From Nitrosopumilaceae archaeon (GTDB lineage: Archaea; Thermoproteota; Nitrososphaeria; Nitrososphaerales; Nitrosopumilaceae): DNA of 64,000 nucleotides. Shown here piece after piece: positions 9,962-19,963 of the stretch (positions within the stretch are counted from its first letter, which is position 1; each line of letters begins with the position of its first letter). The notes under the pieces are model-generated. The model was not told where the DNA came from. It saw only the letters and a program-made list of their open reading frames with translations, and ran no database searches. Location: positions 288,001 to 352,000 of the forward strand of contig CBDBCR010000003.1 of the NCBI GenBank assembly GCA_965203465.1, in the 5' to 3' direction. Position numbers and translations under genes: made by a program.

Positions 9962-10989
9962 GCTCGGACATGGACGACGCCCAGATAATGGAGGCGTACC
10001 ACGGGGCGCTGCGCGCGGCGGCCTCGATGAGGGCTGGGCTGGGCGGCGGCGCCGAAGAGTTCGACGAAAAAGTCCACCCCGAGGTGACAGCCATGCTCCA
10101 AGAAAGGGTCGCCGGGCTGAGGGCCGAGGCGCGGCGCGGCGGCCCGGGCGCCTTCGACCGGCTGCGCGCGGCCACGAGCATGCTGGAGTTCGTCGGGCAG
10201 TACGAGGCGTGCAGGGACCGCTCCGCGGACATGGCGCGCGAGCTGGGGGCCGCGAGGGGGTCGGCGCCGCGCCGCGAGGGCTTTGTGGAAGAGCCGGTCC
10301 CGCGCGGGCCCTGGCACGGCACCGGCGGCGCGGCCGGGGCGCTGCGCGGGTTCGCCGAGAGCAGCCCGATGTACAGGATTCTGCGCGACGACGGGAAATA
10401 CCGCTGGTACGAGGCCGACATCAACGCGCACTGGCTGGAGAGCACCTCGCACGCCGGGAGCTTGGCGCCGTTCTCGCCCACGTGGCTGCTCTCGGCGCTC
10501 GCCATCGCCGAGCGCGCATCAAAGCTCGGCTACCGCGAGATGGTCGACGTGGGATCGGGCGACGGGCGCGTGGCCTTTTGCGCATCGCTGCTGGGCATGA
10601 AGGCGTGGAGCGTGGAGGTGGATCCCGGCCTTGCGCGCGCGCAGGAAGAGCTGCGGGCCCGGACGGGCCGCCGGTTCGAGGTCGTCTGCGCCGATGCTGC
10701 CCGGCTCGACTACTCGATGGAAATGCAGAGGCCCGTCTTTGCGGTAGGCGGCCTCGCGCAGATGGGCGCCTCTGGCATGGCCGAGCCTGCGCGGGAGCAG
10801 AGGCCCGACGCGGGGTTCGTGCTGTCGGGCACCCGCGCCCCAAAGTACGGCGGCAAGGAGCCGGCCGGGTGGGGCGGCTTTTTGGAGAGGGCCGGCCTGC
10901 GCGTGCTCTCCGAGCTTCGCCTGCCCACCGCGTGGACCGCCGGCGAGCCGGAGGGCACCCCGTACCTGTTCGCGGCCCCGCCGGCCTAG
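9958..10989 (+). CDS. Putative SAM-dependent methyltransferase-fold protein
   Basis: VDVGSGDGRV motif I; VEVD. Confidence 0.65.
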   Translation: MSSDMDDAQIMEAYHGALRAAASMRAGLGGGAEEFDEKVHPEVTAMLQERVAGLRAEARRGGPGAFDRLRAATSMLEFVGQYEACRDRSADMARELGAARGSAPRREGFVEEPVPRGPWHGTGGAAGALRGFAESSPMYRILRDDGKYRWYEADINAHWLESTSHAGSLAPFSPTWLLSALAIAERASKLGYREMVDVGSGDGRVAFCASLLGMKAWSVEVDPGLARAQEELRARTGRRFEVVCADAARLDYSMEMQRPVFAVGGLAQMGASGMAEPAREQRPDAGFVLSGTRAPKYGGKEPAGWGGFLERAGLRVLSELRLPTAWTAGEPEGTPYLFAAPPA

Positions 10990-11103
10990 TTCCGGCGCGG
11001 CCCCGGATGCCAAGTCTTTAATTTGCGCGCAAGTCAGGCGCCTGCGATTGCAGAGCCGCGCCAACGAACCGACCGACGGCAGGCCGCACGGAGGCCCGCC
11101 GGC

Positions 11104-11502
11104 ATGAGGCCCGTCGCCGTGGTCATGGTGGGCTTCATGTACATGATGTCGCTGGGGTTTTACCTGGCCGAGGAGGTCTTCCTGACGCCTGCCGGCATAG
11201 AGGTGCGCTCGCTCAACGGCACGGCCATAAGCCCGCGCGAGTTCGTCGAGAGCACGAGCCCGGCGTTTACGGAGGCAGGCAGCGGGGCGCTCGAGCCGCC
11301 GGACGGCCCTTTCGAGAGCGTCCTTGATTTTTCGCAGAGCGGGTTTGCGGCGGTGTGGACCCTGCTCGGCCTGCTGTCCGGCACGTATTTCCTGCAGTTC
11401 CTCCAGTTTTTCGGCATCCCGTCCCCGCTCATCACCGTGTTTCAGCTGATCTTTGGCTTTGTGGCGGTGCGCACCGTCGTCTATTACGTGCTCGGGCGGT
11501 AG
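11104..11502 (+). CDS. Hypothetical membrane protein
   Basis: three hydrophobic segments; coding-like GC3. Confidence 0.65.
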   Translation: MRPVAVVMVGFMYMMSLGFYLAEEVFLTPAGIEVRSLNGTAISPREFVESTSPAFTEAGSGALEPPDGPFESVLDFSQSGFAAVWTLLGLLSGTYFLQFLQFFGIPSPLITVFQLIFGFVAVRTVVYYVLGR

Positions 11503-11567
11503 GGCCGTCCCGGGGCAGGCCGCCCCTAGTGCGTGAAGCCTCCGATGAAGGATCGAACACGGGGGTT

Positions 11568-14500
11568 CTAGCTGAGTTGGTTTGTCATGTAGCTGTACTT
11601 TGCGGTGGAAGTCCAGCCGCCGTCCCTCGCCGTCCAGACCTCGTAGTCCGCCACCGCCAGGTCGCCGGCCGCGTTTAGCTGTATGTCGCCCAGCGCCCCG
11701 CTGTGCGCGTTGGCCACGTCCATGAATATCGGCTTTATGTCGGAGGCCGAGCCGCTCTGCGCCTCCATGATGGCCTTGCCGACCACCCAGGCCGCGTCGT
11801 AAGAGCCGTACGTGTATGTTATCGGCTCGCGGCCCAGCAGATCCATGAGCCTCTGCCGCAGGTCCGCGTTGACTTCGTTGTCGTCCACGGCGATGATGGG
11901 CGCCGAGAACGAGACGGCCTCGGCGAACTCGCTCGCTATCGGATCCGTGCTTATCTTTTGATCCTTTGCGTTGCCGTCGGATCCGTACCACTGCACCTGC
12001 TTCAGCGAGTCGTACTGGGCCGCCGACTGGATTATCTGGGCCCCTTCGGAAAAGCTGATCAGCACCACGGCCGTAGTCTCGGAGTCCATCGAGCTTACCA
12101 CGTTTGCGAGCAGCGAGGCCGACGCCGAGAATTCTGGCAGCTCTGGGTTGTAACGTATCCCCCTGTCCACGGTTCCCTCAAAGCTGTCCGTTATGGCCGC
12201 CACGAGGCCGTCGCCCCACGCGTCGCCCCGGTATATGGGGACGAGCGTCTCTATCTGATCCCTCTGCGCCAGCTTTGCCATCACCACTCCCTGGTTTTCG
12301 TCGTTGGTCGTGAACCGGAACACGCTGTCGCCCTCTATCGCGAGTGCCGGCGCCGTCGAGCAGCAAGATATGAGCATCATGTCGTTGGCGTCCGAGTACG
12401 CCCGCATGTTGCGTATGTTGGAGCTGGTCTCGGGTCCTATCACGATGTCGATGTTGCGCGCGTTGAGGGCTGTCAGTTTCTCGAGCGCCGTGACCGGGTT
12501 GGTGGCCGAATCCTCGCTTACCAGCTTTAGCCGCCACTGCTCGCCGGACTGCTCCAAAAAGTCGTTAAAGTCGGCCACTCCCAGCTTTGTGGCCTCCATG
12601 TTTTCCTCGCCGTGGCTCGCAAGCTCGCCTGTCAGCGGCAGTATGGAGCCGATCGATATCTCGCCGGAGAGCGCCGAGGTGCTGGACAGCTTGCCGGTCG
12701 CATAGCTGTACTTTGCGGTGGAAGTCCAGCCGCCGTCCCTCGCCGTCCAGACCTCGTAGTCCGCCACCGCCAGATCGCCGGCCGCGTTTAGCTGTATGTC
12801 GCCCAGCGCCCCGCTGTGCGCGTTGGCCACGTCCATGAATATCGGCTTTATGTCGGAGGCCGAGCCGCTCTGCGCCTCCATGACGGCCTTGCCGACCACC
12901 CAGGCCGCGTCGTAAGAGCCGTACGTGTATGTTATCGGCTCGCGGCCCAGCAGATCCATGAGCCTCTGCCGCAGGTCCGCGTTGACTTCGTTGTCGTCCA
13001 CTGCGATGATGGGCGCCGAGAACGAGACGGCCTCGGCGAACTCGCTCGCTATCGGATCCGTGCTTATCTTTTGATCCTTTGCGTTGCCGTCGGATCCGTA
13101 CCACTGCACCTGCTTTAGCGAGTCGTACTGGGCCGCCGACTGGATTATCTGGGCCCCTTCGGAAAAGCTGATCAGCACCACGGCCGTCGTGACGTCGCTG
13201 AACGAGCCCACGCGGTCTGCGAGCAGCGAGGCCGACGCCGAGAATTCGGGCAGCTCTGGGTTGTACCTGATCCCCTCGTCGACGGTGCCGGCAAAGCTGT
13301 CCGCTATGGCCGCCACGAGGCCGTCGCCCCACGCGTCGCCCCGGTATATGGGAACCAAGGTCTCGATGCCGGCCCCCTGCGCCAGCTTTGCCATCACCAC
13401 GCCCTGGTTTTCGTCGTTCGTGGTGAACCTAAAGACGCTGTCGCCCTCTATGGCCAGGGCCGGGGCCGTCGAGCAGCACGATATGAGCATCATGTCGTTG
13501 GCGTCCGAGTACGCCCGCATGTTGCGTATGTTGGAGCTGGTCTCGGGGCCTATCACGATGTCGATGTCGCGCGCGTTGAGGGCGGTCAGTTTCTCGAGCG
13601 CCGTGACCGGGTTGGTGGCCGAATCCTCGCTTACCAGCTTTAGCCGCCACTGCTCGCCGGACTGCTCCAAAAAGTCGTTAAAGTCGGCCACTCCCAGCTT
13701 TGTGGCCTCCATGTTTTCCTCGCCGTGGCTCGCAAGCTCGCCGGTCAGCGGCAGTATGGAGCCGATCGTTATCTCGCCGGAGAGCGCCGACGTTTTGGTC
13801 CTAAACTCGCCCGTGACGTAGCTGTACGATTCTGTCATCAGCCACTGCCTGTCGTTTACAGTCCATACCTCGTAGTCTGCCACCGCCAGGTCGCCGGCCG
13901 CGTTTAGCTGTATGTCGCCCAGCGCCCCGGTGTACTCGTTGGCCACGTCTATGAATATCGGCTTTAGGTCCGACGCGGACGCGCTCTGCGCCTCCATGAT
14001 GGCCTTGCCGACCACCCAGGCCGCGTCGTAAGAGCCGTACGCGTACGTTATCGGCTCCCTTCCGAGCAGATCCGAGAGGCGCTTGCTGACGTCGGCGTTC
14101 TTTTCGTTGTCCGCCACCGCTATGATGGGCGCCGAGAACGAGACGGAAGCCGCAAACTCGCCCGCTATCGGATCGTCGGTTATCTGCTGGTCTTGCGAGT
14201 TGCCGTCCGAGCCGTACCACTGCACCATGGCAAGCTCCGGGTGCCCGGCGGCGGACTGGAGTATCTGCACCCCTTCTGCAAAGCTCGTCAGCAGAACGGC
14301 CACCTTGCCCGCGCCCACCTCTTCTATGCGCTCGCCCACGCGCTCCCCGAGGATGGAGGTGGACGCAGAGTATTCTGCGATCTCGGGGTTGTAGCGTATC
14401 CCTTCGTCGACGGTGCCGGCAAAGCTCTCCTTTACGGCCGCCACGAGGCCGTCGCCCCACGCGTCGCCCCTGTATATGGGAACTATGACTTCGATGCCGG

Positions 14501-15041
14501 ACTTTTGCGCCAGCTTTGCGAGAACGACTCCCTGGTTTTCGTCGTTGGTCGTGAACCGGAACACGCTGTCGCCCTCTATGGCCAGGGCCGGCGCCGTCGA
14601 GCAGCACGAGACCATCATCATGTCGTTGGCGTCAGAGTACGCCCTCATGTTGCGTATGTTGGAGCTGGTCTCCGGCCCTATTATCACGTCCACGCCGCGC
14701 GCGTTGAGCGCCGTCAGTTTGTCCAGCGCGATTACGGGGTTTGTCGCAGAGTCTTCACCGATCAGCCTCAGGCTCCACCGCTCGCCCTGCTCTTCCAAAT
14801 ACTCGTTAAAGTCTGCCACCCCCAGCTTTGCCGCCTCCATGTTTTCTTCGCCGTGGCTCGCAAGCTCGCCGGTCAGCGGAAAGATGTACCCTATGGTGAT
14901 CTCGCCGGACAGCCCGGATTCAGTGCCGGCGTCCATCGCGCCCGGTTCCTGCGGCGCCATCGAGACCGAAGCGGCCGCCGCTATTGCGATCGCGACGGCT
15001 GCGACCGCGGCACCGATGATTATCGTGTTCTTTGACGCCAC
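11568..15041 (-). CDS. ABC substrate-binding protein (branched-chain amino acid/LivK-like PBP1) with three tandem domains
   Basis: N-terminal anchor plus three copies of IG..PLTG...EDSATNP...GDAWGDG...YGSYDAAW. Confidence 0.9.
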   Translation of the reverse strand: MASKNTIIIGAAVAAVAIAIAAAASVSMAPQEPGAMDAGTESGLSGEITIGYIFPLTGELASHGEENMEAAKLGVADFNEYLEEQGERWSLRLIGEDSATNPVIALDKLTALNARGVDVIIGPETSSNIRNMRAYSDANDMMMVSCCSTAPALAIEGDSVFRFTTNDENQGVVLAKLAQKSGIEVIVPIYRGDAWGDGLVAAVKESFAGTVDEGIRYNPEIAEYSASTSILGERVGERIEEVGAGKVAVLLTSFAEGVQILQSAAGHPELAMVQWYGSDGNSQDQQITDDPIAGEFAASVSFSAPIIAVADNEKNADVSKRLSDLLGREPITYAYGSYDAAWVVGKAIMEAQSASASDLKPIFIDVANEYTGALGDIQLNAAGDLAVADYEVWTVNDRQWLMTESYSYVTGEFRTKTSALSGEITIGSILPLTGELASHGEENMEATKLGVADFNDFLEQSGEQWRLKLVSEDSATNPVTALEKLTALNARDIDIVIGPETSSNIRNMRAYSDANDMMLISCCSTAPALAIEGDSVFRFTTNDENQGVVMAKLAQGAGIETLVPIYRGDAWGDGLVAAIADSFAGTVDEGIRYNPELPEFSASASLLADRVGSFSDVTTAVVLISFSEGAQIIQSAAQYDSLKQVQWYGSDGNAKDQKISTDPIASEFAEAVSFSAPIIAVDDNEVNADLRQRLMDLLGREPITYTYGSYDAAWVVGKAVMEAQSGSASDIKPIFMDVANAHSGALGDIQLNAAGDLAVADYEVWTARDGGWTSTAKYSYATGKLSSTSALSGEISIGSILPLTGELASHGEENMEATKLGVADFNDFLEQSGEQWRLKLVSEDSATNPVTALEKLTALNARNIDIVIGPETSSNIRNMRAYSDANDMMLISCCSTAPALAIEGDSVFRFTTNDENQGVVMAKLAQRDQIETLVPIYRGDAWGDGLVAAITDSFEGTVDRGIRYNPELPEFSASASLLANVVSSMDSETTAVVLISFSEGAQIIQSAAQYDSLKQVQWYGSDGNAKDQKISTDPIASEFAEAVSFSAPIIAVDDNEVNADLRQRLMDLLGREPITYTYGSYDAAWVVGKAIMEAQSGSASDIKPIFMDVANAHSGALGDIQLNAAGDLAVADYEVWTARDGGWTSTAKYSYMTNQLS

Positions 15042-15122
15042 TTGCGGGGTGCGCCAAAACCCTACTATATATTCCTAGATCCATAATGCCAAGTAAAATA
15101 CGCCTCTGCTAAACGCGGAGCG

Positions 15123-15713
15123 TTGTTCACCGGCATAGTCGAGGGCACGGGGCGCGTAGAAAAGATATCGGCGTCCAAGGATCGCAGCGCCCGCGCCGTC
15201 ACCGTGCGGATTGGATCGGCCGCCCGCGGCCTCAAAAAGGGGCAGAGCGTCTCGGTCAACGGCGCCTGCCTGACCGCCGAGGCGGTGAGGGGCGGCAGGT
15301 GCACGTTCAAGGTGATAGACGAGACCATGGCAAAGACCGCCATGGGAAAGCTCCGCGAGGGGGACGCCGTCAACATAGAACGCAGCCTCAGGGCCGGCGC
15401 GCGCCTGGAGGGCCACTTCGTGCTCGGTCACGTGGACGGCACAGGCACCGTGACGCGCGTGCGCAGGATGCCCGGCGAGGTGCGCGTCTGGGTGAGGCTG
15501 CCCCGGTCCTTGGCGGCCCAGACGGTCCGCAAGGGCTCGATAGCCGTCGACGGCGTCAGCCTCACGGTCGCCTCAAAGTCGCGCAACACGGTGATGGTCT
15601 GCCTCATACCGCACACGGTAAAGTCCACGTCCCTCGGCGCCAGAAAAGAAGGCGACGCGGTGAACATAGAGACCGACATTCTGGGCAAGTACGTCCTACG
15701 CGATTCCGGGTAA
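15123..15713 (+). CDS. ribE: Riboflavin synthase (alpha-type)
   Basis: MFTGIVE, NGACLT, GHFVLGHVD. Confidence 0.93.
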   Translation: MFTGIVEGTGRVEKISASKDRSARAVTVRIGSAARGLKKGQSVSVNGACLTAEAVRGGRCTFKVIDETMAKTAMGKLREGDAVNIERSLRAGARLEGHFVLGHVDGTGTVTRVRRMPGEVRVWVRLPRSLAAQTVRKGSIAVDGVSLTVASKSRNTVMVCLIPHTVKSTSLGARKEGDAVNIETDILGKYVLRDSG

Positions 15714-15763
15714 TTACCACTTTTCAGGTAATGCTTATAACCGGAGTTCGCCCGACTGCTCCC

Positions 15764-16426
15764 ATGACGCTGGCGCCCGCTCTGGACTCGCTCAAGAGGG
15801 GCGAGTTCGTCCTCCTGTACGATTCCGAATCGAGGGAGAACGAGGTGGACATGGTAGTCGCAGCCGAGCACGCCGCGCCCGAGCATGTGGCCCGCATGCG
15901 CCGGCACGCCGGCGGGATACTGTGCGCGGCCCTCGACGGCGCGATGGGCCGCACGCTGGGGCTGCGGTACATGCACGACATGCTGCTCTCGGATCCGGGG
16001 GCGGCGCCGCTTGCGGGCGGCGCCTCGCCGTACGGGGACAAGCCGACATTTTCGGTCTCCGTGAACCACCGCCGCACGTACACCGGCGTGACCGACCGCG
16101 ACAGGGCCACCACCATACGCGAGATCGCCGCGCTGCACGGCGCGCCGGATCCGCGCGCCGAGTTCGTCTCGGGCTTCCGGGCCCCCGGCCACGTGCCGCT
16201 GCTGCTGGCCTCGGAGGGCCTGCTCGGCTCCAGGCAGGGCCACACCGAGATGTCAGTGTACCTTGCGCGCCTGGCGGGGCTGGCCCCGGTCACGGCCATA
16301 TGCGAGATGATGGACGGGCAGACGTACTCTGCGCTCTCGCCCAAAAAGGCGCGCGAGTTTGCCGCGCACAACGGGGTGCCGTTCTTGGACGGGCGCGAGC
16401 TGCTAGAGTACGCCCGGGTGAACTGA
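15764..16426 (+). CDS. ribB: 3,4-dihydroxy-2-butanone-4-phosphate synthase
   Basis: RENEVD, TGVTDRDR, FRAPGHV, RQGHTE. Confidence 0.93.
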   Translation: MTLAPALDSLKRGEFVLLYDSESRENEVDMVVAAEHAAPEHVARMRRHAGGILCAALDGAMGRTLGLRYMHDMLLSDPGAAPLAGGASPYGDKPTFSVSVNHRRTYTGVTDRDRATTIREIAALHGAPDPRAEFVSGFRAPGHVPLLLASEGLLGSRQGHTEMSVYLARLAGLAPVTAICEMMDGQTYSALSPKKAREFAAHNGVPFLDGRELLEYARVN

Positions 16427-16428
16427 CG

Positions 16429-16845
16429 TTGAACATAGCTCTGGTGGTCTCTGATTTCAACCAGAAGATAACCTCGAGGATGGAGTCGGCCGCAAAAGAG
16501 AGGGCCTCGTCGTCGGGCGCCCGCATAGTCAGCACGGCGCGCGCGCACGGCGCGTTCGACGTGCCGCCGCTCGCCGACGCGCTGCTCGCGCGCCCGGACG
16601 TCGACGCGGTCGTGGCGCTCGGCGCCGTGATCAGGGGCCGCACGCGCCACGACGAGGTCATCGCCCACGCGGTGGCCTCGCAGCTCTGCGCCGTGGCGGT
16701 CCGGCGAGGCAAGCCCGTCGGCCTCGGGATATCGGGCCCCGGCATGGACGAGCGGCAGGCGTACGCCCGCATAAGGCCGGTGGCGGAGAGGGCCGTCGAC
16801 GCGGCGATAGGCTCGCACGCCGAGCTTGCGAGGATAAAGCCATGA
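16429..16845 (+). CDS. ribH: 6,7-dimethyl-8-ribityllumazine synthase
   Basis: VVSDFN, GAFDVP, LGAVIRGRTRH; TTG start. Confidence 0.92.
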   Translation: MNIALVVSDFNQKITSRMESAAKERASSSGARIVSTARAHGAFDVPPLADALLARPDVDAVVALGAVIRGRTRHDEVIAHAVASQLCAVAVRRGKPVGLGISGPGMDERQAYARIRPVAERAVDAAIGSHAELARIKP

Positions 16846-17579
16846 TACAGCTGAGCGTCATGCGCATAACCGGCTACGGGCCCTGGACCCTGACGCTGGG
16901 CCCCGACAGGGAGCACGAGCTGCAGATGCTGCAGTCGTCGCTGTACTCCGAGATACAGGCCATAATGTCGGGGCGCGGGGCGCTCGCGTTCCAGAACAGG
17001 TGCGACGAGTGCGTGGTTCTGTCCAGCGGCCTCACGCTGCCCGAGCACGTCGAGGCGCAGGAGCGCCTCTGCGCAAAGTTCCCCGAGGCGCGCCTGCAGG
17101 TCTCGGTCGGCTGCGGCAAGACCGCCTACGAGGCCAACGCGGACGCCCACCGCAGCGCGGAATCGAAAAAATACCTGGACGAGCCGCACCAGATACTCGG
17201 CAGCGTGGCGCCGGACAGCGAGGCGGTCATAATGCACATGGACATAGAGGGCTCGTCGGGGGGTTCCATGACGCCGTACGACGTGACGCTGCGCGTCTTC
17301 GGCCTGTACCACAGGATGGCCTCGTTCTTCGCGCAGAGGGGCTCGCTCGCGTTCTTCATGGGCGGCGACAACTTCATGATAGCCACGCAGGGCGACCCGT
17401 CCGCGGACGCGCGCGAGTTCGTCGGCCTCGAAAGGGAGGGCGGCGTTCCCATCAACTGCGGGATAGGCAGGGCCGCCAAGGCCAGGGAGGCCGCCGCCCG
17501 GGCGACGGGCTCGCTCGACGCAATACGCAAGATGAGGGACGCGGGCGGCGCGCCCACCGTCTACGAGATGCCATGCTGA
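16842..17579 (+). CDS. gch3: GTP cyclohydrolase III
   Basis: YGPWTLTLGPDREHELQ, FMGGDNF. Confidence 0.92.
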   Translation: MIQLSVMRITGYGPWTLTLGPDREHELQMLQSSLYSEIQAIMSGRGALAFQNRCDECVVLSSGLTLPEHVEAQERLCAKFPEARLQVSVGCGKTAYEANADAHRSAESKKYLDEPHQILGSVAPDSEAVIMHMDIEGSSGGSMTPYDVTLRVFGLYHRMASFFAQRGSLAFFMGGDNFMIATQGDPSADAREFVGLEREGGVPINCGIGRAAKAREAAARATGSLDAIRKMRDAGGAPTVYEMPC

Positions 17580-18679
17580 TACGCGGCGTCCGGGCGTTGC
17601 TCGGCGAGCGTCTGCAGCCGTCCGGGCCGCTCGACATTTCGGTGGAGGGCGGCGCGTTCTCCAGGATAGGCGGCGCGGGCGGCGAGGGCCTGGACGGGCG
17701 CGGCCTCTTGGCGGTGCCCGGGCTCATAAACTGCCACACGCACGTGGGCGATTCGATAGCAAAGGACGTGGCCGCCGGCATGGACACCTATTCGGCCACG
17801 CACCCGGCCCTCGGCGTAAAGGCCCGCGTGCTCTCCGAGACGCCGCCCGGCAGCCTGGCCGAGCACATGCGCGCCTCGGCGCTGGCCATGGCCCGCTGCG
17901 GGGCCACGTGCTTTGTGGACTTTCGCGAGGGCGGCGCCGCGGGGGCCCGCCTCCTGAGGCGGGCCGGCGGGCCGGCGCGCGCCGTGGTGCTAGGCAGGAC
18001 GGCCGGGCGAGGCCAGTCCGAGCTGGACGAGGTTCTGGAGGCCTCGGACGGCATCGGTATAAGCGGCGCCAACGAGTGCGGCGACGCAGATCTTGCGGCG
18101 TATTCGAGGTCGCCAAAGCTGCGCGCCATACACGCGGCCGAGACCGAGGCGAGCGTGCGCGTGTCGGTCGAGCGGACCGGCAAGTCCGAGGTGGAGCGGG
18201 CGCTGTCCATGAGGCCCCACTTTCTTGTACACATGACCCACGCCACGCGTGCCCAGCTTTCGGCCGCGGCGGGGGCGGTGCGCGGCATCGTGGCCTGCCC
18301 GCGCGCCAACGCCGCGCTGGGCGCCGGCTCGCCGGACATCGGCGCGATGATGAGGTCGGGCTGCAACGTGGCGCTCGGGACCGACAACGTCATGGTGAAC
18401 TCGCCGGACATGCTGCGCGAGATGGACTACGCGGCAAAGTCGTCGGGCCTGGGGGCCCGCAGGGTGCTGCAGGCGGCCACGGTCAACGCGGGCAGGATAC
18501 TCGGCGACGGCTCGGGGGTCATAGCCGAGGGCAGGCGGGCCGACGCCTTTTTCGTGGAACTGAACGACGCGGCGCTGCACCCGGCCCACGACCTCCACGC
18601 GGCCGTGGTGGGGCGCGCCTCGGAGGCTTCGGTGCGGGCCGTCATGGTGGGGGGGAGGATAGTGCATGGCTCGCTCTAG
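17573..18679 (+). CDS. Metal-dependent amidohydrolase
   Basis: PGLINCHTHVGD, HAAE, LGTDN. Confidence 0.88.
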   Translation: MLIRGVRALLGERLQPSGPLDISVEGGAFSRIGGAGGEGLDGRGLLAVPGLINCHTHVGDSIAKDVAAGMDTYSATHPALGVKARVLSETPPGSLAEHMRASALAMARCGATCFVDFREGGAAGARLLRRAGGPARAVVLGRTAGRGQSELDEVLEASDGIGISGANECGDADLAAYSRSPKLRAIHAAETEASVRVSVERTGKSEVERALSMRPHFLVHMTHATRAQLSAAAGAVRGIVACPRANAALGAGSPDIGAMMRSGCNVALGTDNVMVNSPDMLREMDYAAKSSGLGARRVLQAATVNAGRILGDGSGVIAEGRRADAFFVELNDAALHPAHDLHAAVVGRASEASVRAVMVGGRIVHGSL

Positions 18680-19325
18680 GCCCGAGGTGACAGTCTGCGC
18701 GGCCGTCTCCATAGACGGCCGCATAGCTTCTGCGTCGGGCGACTCGCGCCTTTCGTCGGGGGCCGACCTGGACAGGCTGCACCGGCTGCGCGCGAGCTCC
18801 GACGCGGTCATGGTCGGCGCCAACACGGCGCGCCTCGACGATCCGCGGCTCACCGTGAGGAGGGCCGGCGGGCGCAGCCCGCTCAGGGTGGTGGTGGATT
18901 CGGCCGGGGCCGTGCCGCCCGGCTCGCACCTGATCCGGACAGCCCGGGACGTCCCCACGCTGGTGGCGGTCTCGCGCTCGGCGCCGCCCGACGCGGAGGC
19001 GCGCCTGTCGCCAGCCGAGGTGGTGCGCGTCGGCGAAGGCCGCGTGGACTTGCGCGGGCTGCTGGAGACGCTCCACGCGAGGGGCGTGCGGTCGGTCCTC
19101 GCCGAGGGCGGCGGCCGCCTCAACTGGGAGCTGGTGCGTCTGGGCCTGTGCGACGCGCTGCAGGTGACCGTCTGCCCCGTCGTGCTCGGCGGCGGCACGT
19201 CGCTTGCGGAGGGCGCCGGCGCTGCCGGCCCCGGATCGGCGCCGGGCATGTCTCTCGAAAAAGTATGGAGGGACGGCAACGAGGTCGTCCTGAGGTACTC
19301 TAGAACTGGCGCATGTCGGCCCTGA
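18666..19325 (+). CDS. RibD C-terminal-type pyrimidine reductase
   Basis: SIDGRIA, VGANT..DDPRLT, LAEGGG. Confidence 0.9.
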   Translation: MARSRPEVTVCAAVSIDGRIASASGDSRLSSGADLDRLHRLRASSDAVMVGANTARLDDPRLTVRRAGGRSPLRVVVDSAGAVPPGSHLIRTARDVPTLVAVSRSAPPDAEARLSPAEVVRVGEGRVDLRGLLETLHARGVRSVLAEGGGRLNWELVRLGLCDALQVTVCPVVLGGGTSLAEGAGAAGPGSAPGMSLEKVWRDGNEVVLRYSRTGACRP

Positions 19326-19812
19326 TCTCGGCTATCTTTTTCTGGTAGGCGCGCTTTGAGCGGTCGTTCTTTTTTGCGTTGAGCACCCTGCCGCACGAGT
19401 CGCACTTGAACATGTTCTCCAGGGCCGCCTCGAAGGTGACGCGCGGGCAGTCGCGGTTGCCGCAGTGGTAGAACTCGGACGACTCTTCGTAGTCCAGGCG
19501 CTGCTGGAGCCGGTCGGCGATCTTTTTCTTTTGGTTTTCTATGAACGTCTCCACCTCGTCGCCGCGCGTCCTCCACCTGTACACGAACCAGCCCTTGCGC
19601 TCGTCCTTGACCCGTATGCCGGTGATGAGCGACTTGCCGAACAGGTCGTAGAGCACCTTGCGGACCATGTTTATGCGCAGGCCCGTAGAGCTTGCGATCT
19701 CCTCGTCGGTGGCGTCCTCCGCCTTCAGCAGGGAGCGGGCCACCTTGAGGTACTCGTCGCCGCCGATCATGGACGATATGCGGACGAACGGATCGTCGTA
19801 CTTGTCAACCAA
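19300..19812 (-). CDS. tfe: Transcription factor E
   Basis: TDEEIA..G..IN.VRK.LY wHTH, GWFVY.W, zinc ribbon. Confidence 0.93.
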   Translation of the reverse strand: MVDKYDDPFVRISSMIGGDEYLKVARSLLKAEDATDEEIASSTGLRINMVRKVLYDLFGKSLITGIRVKDERKGWFVYRWRTRGDEVETFIENQKKKIADRLQQRLDYEESSEFYHCGNRDCPRVTFEAALENMFKCDSCGRVLNAKKNDRSKRAYQKKIAEIRADMRQF

Positions 19813-19861
19813 CCTTCCCGTGGGCCGAGCGGCCGCTATTAATCCGTTGCCGGGCCGGGCC

Positions 19862-19956
19862 GGTAAGCGGCCAAGTCGGGGGATGGCCCGGTCGTGAAAA
19901 AGTAATGCGCGTGGATCGGGCCGTGCCCAAACGCAAGCCCGGCTTGGCCGGTTACC
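19862..19956 (+). ncRNA. Candidate structured RNA: long intergenic hairpin
   Basis: CGGCCAAGTCGGG/CCCGGCTTGGCCG and ATGGCCCGGTC/GATCGGGCCGT stems with G-U wobbles on the + strand. Confidence 0.45.
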
Positions 19957-19963
19957 CGCGCCG

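Noticed and set aside
8400-15713. Type 1 IDI and alpha-type riboflavin synthase as unusual bacterial-like genes
   Set aside because: To my knowledge these are ordinary in Nitrosopumilaceae, and they sit in intact housekeeping operons
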